The notes beneath the pieces are model-generated. The model saw nothing but the letters and a program-made list of their open reading frames with translations, had not been told where the DNA came from and did not search any database. A DNA stretch of 64,000 nt from Patescibacteria group bacterium (GTDB lineage: Bacteria; Patescibacteriota; Microgenomatia; Levybacterales; GWA1-39-11), in assembly GCA_035549295.1 (NCBI GenBank), contig DASZRG010000021.1:2596-66595 (forward strand), written 5' to 3'. Position 1 is the first letter of the stretch, and the number at the start of each line of letters is the position of its first letter. Positions 30,558-41,296 of this stretch are shown here, one piece after another. A program made the position numbers and the translations under genes.

Positions 30558-31886
30558 TTAGCTACCTCCCGCAGCTTCTGCAATAGATTCTATAGTATGT
30601 GTTTGACGCTTCTGCATTCTTTTACTCCTAATGCTTCTGATATCTAAGGTATCATCCCTCCAAGCTGCGCTTGCAATCTTTACAGTTTCAGTTAAGGAAG
30701 TTTGAGGGATAGTAGGGGTGGCGTATTCTTCTGCGATGTCCATGGTTACCTCGCTACCTTGTGTAGTTTTATTTCGGGCGGCTCTCCATTTGGCCAATTC
30801 TTGTTGGTGAGTCGATCTCCATCTTTCTAATCTTGCTTTTTCTTCTTCGGCGAGTCTTCTTGCCTCATCAGCCGTAACTTTTTGATATATGTCTTTTTTG
30901 TTAATTTTGCTTTTTACTAAAGAAAAACCTGCTAATTCTAGAAGAGGATTAACTCCTCGAACAATTGCCGCTCTCGAATTATTGGTTGAGAGATAATTGG
31001 GGTTTGTTATGCTTGCCATCCAGTCGAGTTGTTCTGGTGTAACCTCATCTATTGTTTCGAGCGCCCTTGCTATATTTGTATACATTACATATTGTAGGTT
31101 TTTCTTTGGGGTACGTTTTCTTTCAGATTTTTTTGAAATAAGATTTTCATTTTTTTGATGTTTTTTTTCTGCCCTCAACATACCGGGTATTTTGTTTGCA
31201 TATTCGGCTGTTGCATGGAGATAGATAGGTTGATCTGAATCAGCTTCGGAAATATCGACAAAAATTTCTCCATTTGCTTTGAGTCGTTTATTTATTCGAG
31301 ACAATGCGACTCTTCTATTTGTTACTTTCAAATCGGTGAGGTCAGGAAAAACACGCTCATCAAAAGCGCTTGCATCTACAGCATCCCATAAAGGTATTTT
31401 TTCTAAAATATTTTCTCCTCTAGTTCTTTTTCGATCATCAAGCTTGTATATTGATGCATGCTGATCACGAAGTTGATACATGGGTACGTCTCCAAAAACA
31501 GCTCCATCGCGGCTGGTGCTTTCAATGCTCACGCCAAGTGGTTTCAATTTTGCTCTTATCTTAACTGCTATATTATTTACATCAGTGTTGCTTATACGTC
31601 TACCTTGCCATATCTCAAGCATAAATTCTCGAGTTGCTCCACCCGCAGCATGCATAAAAAAGTCACGTTCCTTAGGTGACATTTTGGCTCTTTTAGTAAT
31701 TTCATCTAGTTCGTCGGATGTAATACTCCTAATAGTCGACTTAGGTGATTCGGGTTGGGTTGTTATAGGCTCGACTACAGATTGGGGCCTTTCGGATGGT
31801 TTGACTGAGCCGTGAGATTGTATACTAAACATGGGTACAAATGTTACCGCAGTTTCAAATGATGTTATATTATTCTCTAGACTCAT
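30558..31886 (-). CDS. Hypothetical protein with repeated wHTH-like segments
   Basis: IRAKLKPLGVSI, INKRLKANGEIF and VNPLLELAGFSL repeats. Confidence 0.65.
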   Translation of the reverse strand: MSLENNITSFETAVTFVPMFSIQSHGSVKPSERPQSVVEPITTQPESPKSTIRSITSDELDEITKRAKMSPKERDFFMHAAGGATREFMLEIWQGRRISNTDVNNIAVKIRAKLKPLGVSIESTSRDGAVFGDVPMYQLRDQHASIYKLDDRKRTRGENILEKIPLWDAVDASAFDERVFPDLTDLKVTNRRVALSRINKRLKANGEIFVDISEADSDQPIYLHATAEYANKIPGMLRAEKKHQKNENLISKKSERKRTPKKNLQYVMYTNIARALETIDEVTPEQLDWMASITNPNYLSTNNSRAAIVRGVNPLLELAGFSLVKSKINKKDIYQKVTADEARRLAEEEKARLERWRSTHQQELAKWRAARNKTTQGSEVTMDIAEEYATPTIPQTSLTETVKIASAAWRDDTLDIRSIRSKRMQKRQTHTIESIAEAAGGS

Positions 31887-32021
31887 AGTATTGTGAGCGA
31901 AGGCACTATTATAGCAGTTTTGTGCCTATAATGCAAGTTTATCAATCACGAGGTGGCAGCTTAGAAGAAGCTGAAATTGGGTTAAGTTCGTGCTTGCTTT
32001 TTATTCTTAAGTCTTTCATCT

Positions 32022-32573
32022 TTAATCTTTCTTGGGGGTCCAGAAGTCCTCGCCAAGCGAGTCCCAAGGTACGCGGCGCTCATCAGGATGCTCAGCATTA
32101 AACTGTCCACTTACAAAATAAAAGAGGTCGATTGGCTCACCGGATAGATTGACCATACCATGAGCAACACCTCGCGGTATATATAATAGGGAAGACTGGC
32201 CTGCACCTAGTGTGATTTTCATCGACACTCCATTTGTACTCGATTCACGTCTCAGATCCCAAAGCCCTACAAGAAGTGAGTCAGATGGTGGAAGGTAGAA
32301 TATATCTTCTTGCTCAAAATGAAGATGCCAACCTTTGATAGCACCGGGTAAAAGTCTTGATCGATTGACTTGGGCGACATTCATATCTTCAATTCCTTCT
32401 ATCTTGCCGTTATCAAGTCTAATAATTTCTGAAAAATCGCCGTCTTCACCAACAAAATTCTTAATAGGTATAATTTTTACACCGTCAATTGTTGGACGGG
32501 CGGAGTAGTCCTGAATATATAGCTTGCCGCGGCTTTTCTCGTCAATATCCTCGTTTGTAAGCGTTTTGCTCAT
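32022..32573 (-). CDS. dTDP-4-dehydrorhamnose 3,5-epimerase-family cupin
   Basis: QVNRS...IKGWHLH..QED...IPRGVAHG; start at MSKT after TATAAT. Confidence 0.88.
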   Translation of the reverse strand: MSKTLTNEDIDEKSRGKLYIQDYSARPTIDGVKIIPIKNFVGEDGDFSEIIRLDNGKIEGIEDMNVAQVNRSRLLPGAIKGWHLHFEQEDIFYLPPSDSLLVGLWDLRRESSTNGVSMKITLGAGQSSLLYIPRGVAHGMVNLSGEPIDLFYFVSGQFNAEHPDERRVPWDSLGEDFWTPKKD

Positions 32574-32713
32574 CGGTCTAATTATATCAAAATGTACGGA
32601 TTTGCAATAGTGAGGGACCGATAATAATTGTTTAATGTAATTCATTGTGATAGAATATATATAACTTAAAACTCAAAGCGCAAAGTCTTGAGTTTACAAA
32701 GGGGGTAAAATGC

Positions 32714-33796
32714 GTGTCAGATTCTTCAAATTCAAACAAATCTAATTCTCCAGCTCGCTCGATGGCTGAGCTTATGGCTCGGTCTGGTAACAACTTGCAA
32801 GTTCTCACAAAGGGCCAAGCAATAACTGGTACTATCAAAAAACTTACTCCTGAGGAAATTCTCATGGATATTGGTGGTAAGGGAGATGCATTAGTTATCG
32901 AGTTTGATCGCCAAAATCTTGAAAATCTCCTTTCAATTCTAAAAGTAGGGGATAAAGTTACCGCAACAGTTATTTCACCAGAGTCTGAAGAAGGATTTCC
33001 AGTTCTATCTCTTCGCCGCATGCTTGATGATGTCATTTTCAAGAAATTTGAGGATCTTTCAAAGTCTGACAAGCCATTTGAGGTAACACTTGGTGAGGCT
33101 ACTCGTGGAGGCTATTTCGCAGAGACTTCTGAGGGGGTACGCGGATTTTTGCCATCATCTCAGCTTCTCGATACAACCGATATGACTGGTAAAAAAATAG
33201 AAGTAAAGATTATTGAGCTCGATCGCTCAAAAAAGAGAGTAGTATTCTCTCAAAAAGCAGTCTCAATGCTAATGAATATAGATGAGCTTAAAAAGCTCTT
33301 TAAGACCGGTGACCGAGTCACAGCCGTAGTTGTAAACGTTACGCCATATGGACTTTTTGTAAGTGTTGCGAAGGACGGAAATACAGCTGAAGGTTTTATA
33401 CATATCTCTGAGATAGCTTATGAAAGAGTTGAAAATTTAGCCTCAAAATTCAATGTCGGTGACAAACTGGATGTCGAAGTTGTTGAGGTTGATGCGTCAA
33501 ACAAGCGAGTTAATCTCTCTGTAAAGCGCACCCAAAAGGATAAATTTGCAGAAGTTGAAGAGAAATACAAGCCAGAGACGAAAGTTAAGGGTCGTGTTAT
33601 CGAGACAAAGACTCGTGGTGTTACTGTCGAGCTTGAAGAGGGTGTTAATGGATTTATTCCCGCTGACAAAATACCATCAGGTACAACTTATGAAGCAGGA
33701 CAAATGGTAAATGCTGAAGTTGTCGAGATCGACCGCCGCCGCCGCCTCGTTGTAGTATCACCAGTGCTGAAAGCCGTACCAATCGGGTATAGGTAG
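32714..33796 (+). CDS. rpsA: 30S ribosomal protein S1
   Basis: Four S1 domains (GFLPSSQL, EGFIHISEI, GFIPAD). Confidence 0.9.
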   Translation: MSDSSNSNKSNSPARSMAELMARSGNNLQVLTKGQAITGTIKKLTPEEILMDIGGKGDALVIEFDRQNLENLLSILKVGDKVTATVISPESEEGFPVLSLRRMLDDVIFKKFEDLSKSDKPFEVTLGEATRGGYFAETSEGVRGFLPSSQLLDTTDMTGKKIEVKIIELDRSKKRVVFSQKAVSMLMNIDELKKLFKTGDRVTAVVVNVTPYGLFVSVAKDGNTAEGFIHISEIAYERVENLASKFNVGDKLDVEVVEVDASNKRVNLSVKRTQKDKFAEVEEKYKPETKVKGRVIETKTRGVTVELEEGVNGFIPADKIPSGTTYEAGQMVNAEVVEIDRRRRLVVVSPVLKAVPIGYR

Positions 33797-33875
33797 AATC
33801 ATGAATCATGAATTAAGAATCATGATTTTTGGGTAATTCCCATAATTCTTGCTTCGTGCTTCTTGATTCAATTTT

Positions 33876-35264
33876 ATGGCTTCAAAAACTCACTTCGTTT
33901 GTTCAAATTGTGGTTATGAGTCTTCAAAATGGCTTGGCCGATGCCCAGACTGTTCTTCTTGGAATACTTTTACTGAGGTTGCAGCACCGGTTGCCGAAAA
34001 AGCGACAACTCGCGCGAAGGCACTCATAAAAATTGCATCTTCAAGCTCTCCCCAAGCTATTTCTAAGGTAGTTAGCGTACAACAGAGTAGAATATCTACT
34101 GGTTTTGTCGAATTTGATCGGGTTCTTGGTGGAGGAATAGTGGCAGGATCTGTAGTATTGCTGTCTGGTGATCCTGGAATAGGTAAGTCAACAATACTTT
34201 TGGAGCTGGCAATCAATGTAGCGGTTGGGGGTTGGAGGTTAGGGGTTGGTGAAGAAGCCAAAAGCCAAAAGCCAAAAGCCAAGAGTCAGACGCGAACTGT
34301 TCTGTACATTACTGGTGAGGAGTCTGAGAGTCAGGTGAAAATGCGCGCTGAACGCATCAATCAGGGAAAAGCAGATCCTGAATCTCTATTTGTCTTCTCA
34401 ACTGCCGATATTGAGGCAGCAATTGCAGCTTGTGAGGTCTCAAAGCCGGATCTTGTAATAGTCGATTCGATTCAGACAATGGCAACTGAGGAGTTTCCTG
34501 GATATCCAGGATCTTTGCCCCAAATAAGACATGCGACGAGTAGGCTTGTCTCATATGCCAAAACGCATTCTGTGCCCGTTTTTCTAATAGGGCATGTGAC
34601 AAAGGAGGGAGTTGTGGCCGGGCCCATGTTGCTTTCACACATGGTTGATACGGTTCTTTATCTTGAAGGTGAAAAACTAACGGGGACCAAGATATTGCGT
34701 GCATTCAAAAATAGGTTTGGCGATACGACAGAAGTTGGAATTTTTACGATGGAAGAGTATGGACTAGCCGAAATTACAAATACATCAAAATACTTTATGA
34801 ATAGCGCAACCGAAGCCGTGCCCGGTTCGTGTCTAACAGTCGTTATGGAGGGTAGTAGGCCGCTTCCTGTTGAGGTGCAGGCACTTGTTGTCCCGACAAA
34901 TATGTCTTTTGCAAGACGAGTCGCAAATGGAATCGCTGAAAAACGCGTGGAGTTGTTACTTGCTGTTATTCAGAAGCATTTAAGAATTCCTATTGATAGG
35001 CATGATGTATTCGTAAATGTAGTGGGCGGACTTAAAATAACAGAAAATGCATCGGATTTGGCGGTATGTCTTGCAGTATTGTCGTCTTTTAAGAATAAGC
35101 CTCTCAAATCAACTGTCGCGATTGCTGAAATTGGTCTTCTGTCAGAGCTTAAAAGCGTTATGAATGAGGCTGCACGTGTGAAAGAGGCAAAGAAGTTAGG
35201 ATTTACAAATGTAATTACTCACGGGAATATGAAATACCTGGGTGATATAATGAAATCGCTATGA
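33876..35264 (+). CDS. radA: DNA repair protein RadA/Sms
   Basis: C4 zinc finger, GDPGIGKST, KNRFG. Confidence 0.97.
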   Translation: MASKTHFVCSNCGYESSKWLGRCPDCSSWNTFTEVAAPVAEKATTRAKALIKIASSSSPQAISKVVSVQQSRISTGFVEFDRVLGGGIVAGSVVLLSGDPGIGKSTILLELAINVAVGGWRLGVGEEAKSQKPKAKSQTRTVLYITGEESESQVKMRAERINQGKADPESLFVFSTADIEAAIAACEVSKPDLVIVDSIQTMATEEFPGYPGSLPQIRHATSRLVSYAKTHSVPVFLIGHVTKEGVVAGPMLLSHMVDTVLYLEGEKLTGTKILRAFKNRFGDTTEVGIFTMEEYGLAEITNTSKYFMNSATEAVPGSCLTVVMEGSRPLPVEVQALVVPTNMSFARRVANGIAEKRVELLLAVIQKHLRIPIDRHDVFVNVVGGLKITENASDLAVCLAVLSSFKNKPLKSTVAIAEIGLLSELKSVMNEAARVKEAKKLGFTNVITHGNMKYLGDIMKSL

Positions 35265-36118
35265 CGGAGAGAAATCAAAAATCAAAAATCAAAAATCAAA
35301 AAAATTTAAGCGCAAAAAAGAGCGTTGCTAAACCGGTTGCTCGGGTTGAGAAGGCTGCGACAAAAAGAGGGGATGCGGCTCGATCTTTATCATCTGAGGT
35401 ATTGCAAAACATTATGCTGCCTCCTCGGGTTATTCGACAAATTGCCGATGAAGTAGGAAAAGCGGTCAGTAAAAGAGTCAATGTCAGACGTCGAAAAAGT
35501 ACAAAGTCGAACAAAAAAATTGATAACTGTGTATTCCTCGATACATCGGCAATTATCGACATGAGAGTCTTTGATTTGGCAAAAATTGGAGCACTTTATG
35601 GTAATTTCATAGTTCTTGATAGCGTCCTAACGGAGCTCAAAAACATTGCCGATTCAAAAGATCTTGTCAAAAAAGCTCGTGGCCGGAGGGCTATGGATGC
35701 TCTTGATGATTTCAAAAAATCCCGCGGGATAAAGGTTAAAATTCTGGCTGATGAGTCAAATAAACCAGTTGATGAAAGTATAGTTGACCACGCCAAAGCA
35801 TATAAAGGACGTGTTATAACGTGCGACTTTAACCTCGCAAAGAAAGCAAAATTATCAAATGTTGTTGCGATTGATTTGTATGAGCTTGCAAATATTCTTA
35901 AGACGCAGGCACTTCCTGGTGAGGAATTTTTTGTCAAAATAGTTCAGGAGGGGAAGGGTATCGGCCAGGGAGTTGGATATTTGCCTGATGGGACCATGCT
36001 TGTTGTGGAGCAGGGTAAAGCATATCTTGGAAGCACAATACAAGTGCAGGTATCTCGAATCATCCAGACCGACGCAGGCAAGATACTCTTCTCGAAGATA
36101 AAGGCCCCAATCAACTAG
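35261..36118 (+). CDS. PIN/TRAM domain protein (YacL-like)
   Basis: LDTSAIID, ELKNIADS, GVGYLPDGTM; follows radA. Confidence 0.88.
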   Translation: MTERNQKSKIKNQKNLSAKKSVAKPVARVEKAATKRGDAARSLSSEVLQNIMLPPRVIRQIADEVGKAVSKRVNVRRRKSTKSNKKIDNCVFLDTSAIIDMRVFDLAKIGALYGNFIVLDSVLTELKNIADSKDLVKKARGRRAMDALDDFKKSRGIKVKILADESNKPVDESIVDHAKAYKGRVITCDFNLAKKAKLSNVVAIDLYELANILKTQALPGEEFFVKIVQEGKGIGQGVGYLPDGTMLVVEQGKAYLGSTIQVQVSRIIQTDAGKILFSKIKAPIN

Positions 36119-36166
36119 TGAGGAGTTAGCGTTTAGCGTTTAGGGGTTAGTAAAAAAATGCACATT

Positions 36167-36225
36167 GTCGTCCTGAATTTATTTCAGGACCTCGATTTGA
36201 GATGCTGAAACAAGTTCAGCATGAC
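36167..36225. repeat. REP-like palindromic element
   Basis: gtcgtcctgaatttatttcaggac...gatgctgaaacaagttcagcatgac; relatives (gattcttcacttcgttcagaatgac) at about 54778-54838, 57227-57251, 60070-60121 and 62051-62095. Confidence 0.7.
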
Positions 36226-36451
36226 AATCGTCTTGATTAATCATTAATTACTTTAGTCTTAAGGTTTTAACGACCAAATTGCTCTGGTTCCCCTTAATAC
36301 TTTATATCTTATACTTAATACTGGTCAGCTCGTGATACCCGTGATACCTTTTCCATCGTTCTCTTGTATTCCAGGTTCATTTTGTGTACAATAAATTCTT
36401 CGGCTTATATATCCGTGTTGATCGGCTCTTTAATCCGCGAAAATCTTTTTA

Positions 36452-37894
36452 ATGAAAAAATTAACAAAAATAACTGCAACAATTGGACCTGCGAGCGACA
36501 GCCCTGAAATGATCGCTAAATTGATGGATGCAGGAGTCAATATTTTCCGTTTTAACCTAAAGCATAATGAGCTTCCTTGGCACGAAGAAAAAATCAATCT
36601 AGTTAAAAAAGTTGCAAAAGAAAAAGGTGTAGCAATAGGTACTCTTATTGACCTTCAAGGTCCTGAGATCCGAACCTTAGTGCCAGGGGATGTAATATCT
36701 CTTAAAAAAGGCGATGAAGTTATGGTGGGGGACGGTAAACACAAAAATCAGTTTAATATTTCCCATCCAGCAGTAATTAAATATCTTATACCTGGCCAAA
36801 AAATTGTCGCAGAGGACGGTCGTGTACGATTTGAAGTAAAAAGCACCGACAAAAAAAGCGCAATCCTCATTGCCGAGCAAGATCAAGACCTCAAAACAAG
36901 GAAAACATTCAATCTTCCCGGGGCAGATTATCCGATGCCAGTTCTCACAGAAAAAGATAAAGATGCGATTAAAATGGCGGCAAAAAATCCAGTTGATTTC
37001 GTTGCTCTATCATTTGTGAGATCCGCAAAAGACATAATGGATCTCAAAGCTGAAATGAAAAAAGCAGGACTTGTGGCCCGTGTCATTCCAAAGATTGAGA
37101 CTCAAATGGCGCTTGATAATCTTGACGATATCGTCGCCGATTCTGAGGGGCTTATGGTTGCACGTGGTGACCTAGGAATAGAAATTCCATTTGCGCAAGT
37201 TCCATATTTCCAAAAACTCATGATCAAGAAGTGTCTCGAGCGGGGTATTCCTGTTATCACAGCAACTCAAATGCTTCTTTCGATGTTCCAAAATCCATAT
37301 CCTACACGCGCTGAGGTGTCCGATATTGCAAATGCTGCTTATGATTTCACTGACTCTGTTATGTTGTCAGAGGAGTCAGCGGCAGGAAAATTCCCAGAGC
37401 AGACTGTCAGAACTATGGCTGATACTGTCGAGTTTTCAGAAAAGCAGGATATGCTTCGTGATATTAGAAGTATGTTTGACTATGACATTCTCGATCCTGA
37501 AGAAATGCTTTGTGACACCGCATACAACCTTTATCTTTCATTTGAGCGAGAAGAGGAGCCTATCGGTGGATTTATAGTATTTTCAGAGTCGGGTCGCACA
37601 GGACGAAAACTCTCGCGATATAGGCCAAAAGTACCAATATTTGTATTTACACCAAACGAAAAAGTTCGAGATGGCCTCACGATGAGTTTTGGTGTCGAGC
37701 CAATCTTGCAGCCAAAAGGTATGTCGGCAAGTGCTCAAGTGAGACTTGAAGACATGAAGGAGGCATTCTCGTATCTTGTTCGCAATAAGCATGTTGATCC
37801 AGATAGCCGTTATATCCTCCTTTACGGTGATAACTGGGGAATAGAGGGTGGAGTATCCACTATCAAAATAGTATATCCCAAGAATTTAGAATAG
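36452..37894 (+). CDS. pyk: Pyruvate kinase
   Basis: TKITATIGPAS, DLQGPEIR, KIET, MVARGDLG, TATQML, PTRAEVSD. Confidence 0.97.
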   Translation: MKKLTKITATIGPASDSPEMIAKLMDAGVNIFRFNLKHNELPWHEEKINLVKKVAKEKGVAIGTLIDLQGPEIRTLVPGDVISLKKGDEVMVGDGKHKNQFNISHPAVIKYLIPGQKIVAEDGRVRFEVKSTDKKSAILIAEQDQDLKTRKTFNLPGADYPMPVLTEKDKDAIKMAAKNPVDFVALSFVRSAKDIMDLKAEMKKAGLVARVIPKIETQMALDNLDDIVADSEGLMVARGDLGIEIPFAQVPYFQKLMIKKCLERGIPVITATQMLLSMFQNPYPTRAEVSDIANAAYDFTDSVMLSEESAAGKFPEQTVRTMADTVEFSEKQDMLRDIRSMFDYDILDPEEMLCDTAYNLYLSFEREEEPIGGFIVFSESGRTGRKLSRYRPKVPIFVFTPNEKVRDGLTMSFGVEPILQPKGMSASAQVRLEDMKEAFSYLVRNKHVDPDSRYILLYGDNWGIEGGVSTIKIVYPKNLE

Positions 37895-37969
37895 GCCCAG
37901 TCCTACCAGAAAAACCTCGAGTAATTACTATCGGTTACAAATTAGCCTCAATTTTGTTATAATCTTTCT

Positions 37970-39280
37970 ATGTTAGAGACCAGTTCTAATAGCAATGAAA
38001 GTTTTGCGGTTGAACGATTGTCAGACGAACAAATGGGTAATCTGTTGGCTGCTGTCGGAAATCACGAAGCAAAAGCAATTACACTAGGTATCATGGAGCC
38101 GGGTCGTGTCTATAGGCAAAAAGGACTTCGAAATGCAGTGCTTCGTGCACAAGGAAAAAATCCTGGTTGGAGAATAAATATACAAGGACCCATTCAGTAT
38201 TGTTTCAACTCGTTTGAGCCGATTGGGCTTGTTGCAAAAGAAGCTCTAAGAGCTGATTTTTCGACAGATGGTTACTTCAAAACTCCAAAAGGCGAAGCTC
38301 AGGGTGAAGCCTTGGCTGGACTGGTTCTTGATTTTTCCCTAAGGTACCCGAATTTTTCCCTACAAGATTTTTTTAGTGTTCCCAGCTCTTCATCTGCAGG
38401 TGAGAAGATAGGGGAAGGAGAGGAGTACAAGGAGAGAGCGCCTTTAGTTCGCCTAAAAATTCTACAAAGACTTTTGTCAATGGATAAACCCATCCGAATA
38501 TCTGATGTAGTAAATAATTTGGGGGAAGATTACGAGCGTATAAGAGTGCACCTTGAATCTATGAGAGACTGGAAAATAATTGATTATGATTCAATAAGTT
38601 ATGGAAAAAACTTTTCCTTCTATAAGCTATCAGATGAAGCACCACAGGAAGATCCTGATTTAATATATAACACAGAAAGAATTTATCCCCAATTTGTGTA
38701 CAGGTTGTTAAAGGATCATCCTAACAGAGTTTGGACTAGAGAAGAGATTGGAGAAGAGTATATAAAAAGTGGAATTAGTAAGAAGTCTTTAAAGAATGCT
38801 ACTATGATAGCTGCTGGAATTTTAAACTTGTTGAAAGAGCGTGGATATGCTGAAAGAAGCAAATTTGGGTCTGGCTTGCAATCTGAAATCTCGCTTCAAG
38901 ATGATCAAAGAATTATGATTCGTGACCTGGTGACTACGCTCAGCAGATTTCAGAACCAAAATGTGGGTGCACTAGAATTTGGCCGAAGACGTTTAAGAGA
39001 TATTTTAGTTGATGGACCCGCTGTGTCAAGACTTATTGCGAAAGCAAAAGAACATTCTATTTATGCAAATAGACAATCAAAAGCAGACACGGCAGATGTA
39101 ATTTATGCCATAGTCTTGGATAATAGCGGGTGTGCAATTCGCGACATTCAGAAGAAATTAAAAGATGCCGGTAAAAAACTGCAAGTTCCATCTATTAGGA
39201 CAATTATGCAGCTTTTAGTTGCAGATGGTAGAGTTGGTTTTAAAGTCGAAAAGGGTATCCACTATTACCATCCTCAATAG
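37970..39280 (+). CDS. Hypothetical multi-wHTH protein
   Basis: Several helix-turn-helix-like segments. Confidence 0.65.
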   Translation: MLETSSNSNESFAVERLSDEQMGNLLAAVGNHEAKAITLGIMEPGRVYRQKGLRNAVLRAQGKNPGWRINIQGPIQYCFNSFEPIGLVAKEALRADFSTDGYFKTPKGEAQGEALAGLVLDFSLRYPNFSLQDFFSVPSSSSAGEKIGEGEEYKERAPLVRLKILQRLLSMDKPIRISDVVNNLGEDYERIRVHLESMRDWKIIDYDSISYGKNFSFYKLSDEAPQEDPDLIYNTERIYPQFVYRLLKDHPNRVWTREEIGEEYIKSGISKKSLKNATMIAAGILNLLKERGYAERSKFGSGLQSEISLQDDQRIMIRDLVTTLSRFQNQNVGALEFGRRRLRDILVDGPAVSRLIAKAKEHSIYANRQSKADTADVIYAIVLDNSGCAIRDIQKKLKDAGKKLQVPSIRTIMQLLVADGRVGFKVEKGIHYYHPQ

Positions 39281-39399
39281 GAGCATGAGAATCATATCTC
39301 TTTATATTTAATCTGATTCCCCCACAAAACAATCGACGATCGGCTAGTGTTTTGTTGTTTTACAATGGGGGATTTGATAACCTTTTTATAGGAGGTTAT

Positions 39400-39918
39400 A
39401 TGAGAGTTAATAAGGGAAGTATTGCGAATGCTTTATTATTTGCACTTGAGAAGTCAGCGGAAGGATTGATCATTCTTGATAGTTTCTCTTACTCATCTCA
39501 GATGAGATCGATACGAGGCTTACCGGCACATAAGGATCCTACAATTCTTGAGACAATAAGAAGACTCAGACGAAGAGGATTTATTGAACGCGAAACAAAT
39601 CAAGATGGCAAAGTGATTTTAAGACTTACGGAGATAGGAAGAGATTATTTGGGTCATGAAGAAGAGTGGGATGGAGTGTTTAGGATTGTAATTTGGGATG
39701 TCCCTGAGAGCAAAAGAAGAATAAGAAATCTTTTCAGAAGAAGGCTGAGAGAGTGGGATTTTAAAATTTGGCAGAAGAGCGTATGGATTTCGAAGAGAAA
39801 TGTTACAAATCAAATGAGAAACCTAATTGCTGAACTCGAGATGGGAAAATACATTGCGATAATTGAGTCAAATGATCCATATATTTCCCACATAATGATG
39901 GACGATCGTTCAAGATAA
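39400..39918 (+). CDS. PaaX-like regulator (wHTH + Cas2-like domain)
   Basis: RLRRRGFI...LTEIG...WDGVFRIVIWDVPESKR...QKSVW. Confidence 0.85.
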   Translation: MRVNKGSIANALLFALEKSAEGLIILDSFSYSSQMRSIRGLPAHKDPTILETIRRLRRRGFIERETNQDGKVILRLTEIGRDYLGHEEEWDGVFRIVIWDVPESKRRIRNLFRRRLREWDFKIWQKSVWISKRNVTNQMRNLIAELEMGKYIAIIESNDPYISHIMMDDRSR

Positions 39919-40673
39919 TGTTGTTTTTGATATCAAATAGTATCACGAGCTGAGCAGTATCAGGTATTTGGTTAAGGTATCAGGGGAATCAGCGAATAAG
40001 GAATAATGAGAATACGAAAACTCGTCAACCGCAATTCTTTTATTACTTAAAGCATCTTTCTGCTTAGAGTCTACTGTCTATCGACTACAGTAGACGGTGG
40101 TCTGTAGACTATAAATAAATTTACTTAATTCTTTCTACTAACTACTTAATACTTTTTTTGCGGCGTAGATGCCACTAGAAGAGTTTTTCACCTAACAAAC
40201 CGTATCTTTGTATACCTCATGTGAAAAATTGGATCGTCGAAGGGATGGAAAGTGGGGGACAAGCAACTTACAAAAAAAGATCCACAGAATTACTGCTTTA
40301 AAAGGGAATAAGAAAGCCTGCCTCCCTCACAGTGCTTACTTGCTCCCGAGGTCTACATCCTCGCGTCGCAAGAGCGCATGTGCGGGACTTCGATAGATAC
40401 TGAGTGTATCTATCTTCGCAACTCCAATAAAAAAAGACCTTCAGTTACTAATTTAAAAGGAAGTAAGAAAGCCTGCCCAACTCTCCTACCTCCATTCAAA
40501 TCAGCAACAAAAGATCTTTTCATGCGTGAAAAAATTGGTGAAAAAATCAATGTTTAGTAATCCAAACTATCAATTTTTGCCTCACCAATTTTTCTTGACA
40601 AGATATCTACGCTTCTGGTAATTTAACTACCAAGCATAGTCTTTTCCTGCCTAAAGACTAAAGCTTACTTTTT

Positions 40674-40738
40674 AAAAGAGCATTGCTTTTCGTACTTAAG
40701 GATTTATTTTACAGTAGCGAAAGCGATGCTCTTTTTTT
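40674..40738. terminator. Bidirectional terminator-like hairpin
   Basis: aaaagagcattgcttt ... aaagcgatgctcttttt. Confidence 0.6.
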
Positions 40739-40760
40739 ACTTTTTAACGATCGTTTAAAT

Positions 40761-40910
40761 TCAAAGAAGAAAGACCGGTAGACTTAGTCCCCGATCGACC
40801 ATCTTTTGAATTTGGTCTCTTCCTGCTTTCTCAATTTGATCTTGATAGAAGTCCACGATTCTTTTCGCTTCCTTCTTTTGATTCGCCTTTAATAATTTTG
40901 GAAATTTCAT
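40761..40910 (-). CDS. 49-aa small protein
   Basis: Hand translation MKFPKLLKANQKKEAKRIVDFYQDQIEKAGRDQIQKMVDRGLSLPVFLL; TATACT just upstream, terminator downstream. Confidence 0.55.
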   Translation of the reverse strand: MKFPKLLKANQKKEAKRIVDFYQDQIEKAGRDQIQKMVDRGLSLPVFLL

Positions 40911-41296
40911 AACTTAAAAGTAGTATAGCATAACTTGCGAAGACTCGCAACCTATAGCAAAAATAGTGAAAAATTGATACTTTATGATATAGACCCAGAG
41001 TAATTAATTATTCATTTTAGACTTATATATCAATGTAAATAAAAATGTTATAAAAAAATGTGGATAACTTTGGGAAAATTAATTTGCCTATTGACAAGTG
41101 AGTAAAGTAGCAGAAAAGTAGGGTTTTGTATTACAAAAGGTATCACTCGGGCGAAATACTACCAATACATACCAATACTACCAATAAACAAATCAATTCA
41201 AAGTCAATCAGGATCAATAAAAGAAATTTATTTGTTAAATAGATGATTTAAGGATTTAAAAAATTGATTGGGTTATTGTTATATTTGTATATTGGG

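Noticed and set aside
39400-39918. Cas2 / CRISPR locus
   Set aside because: The Cas2-like domain is fused to a wHTH (PaaX-like); no repeat-spacer array or other cas genes seen.
40950-41290. oriC
   Set aside because: Only one clear DnaA box and no dnaA/dnaN nearby.
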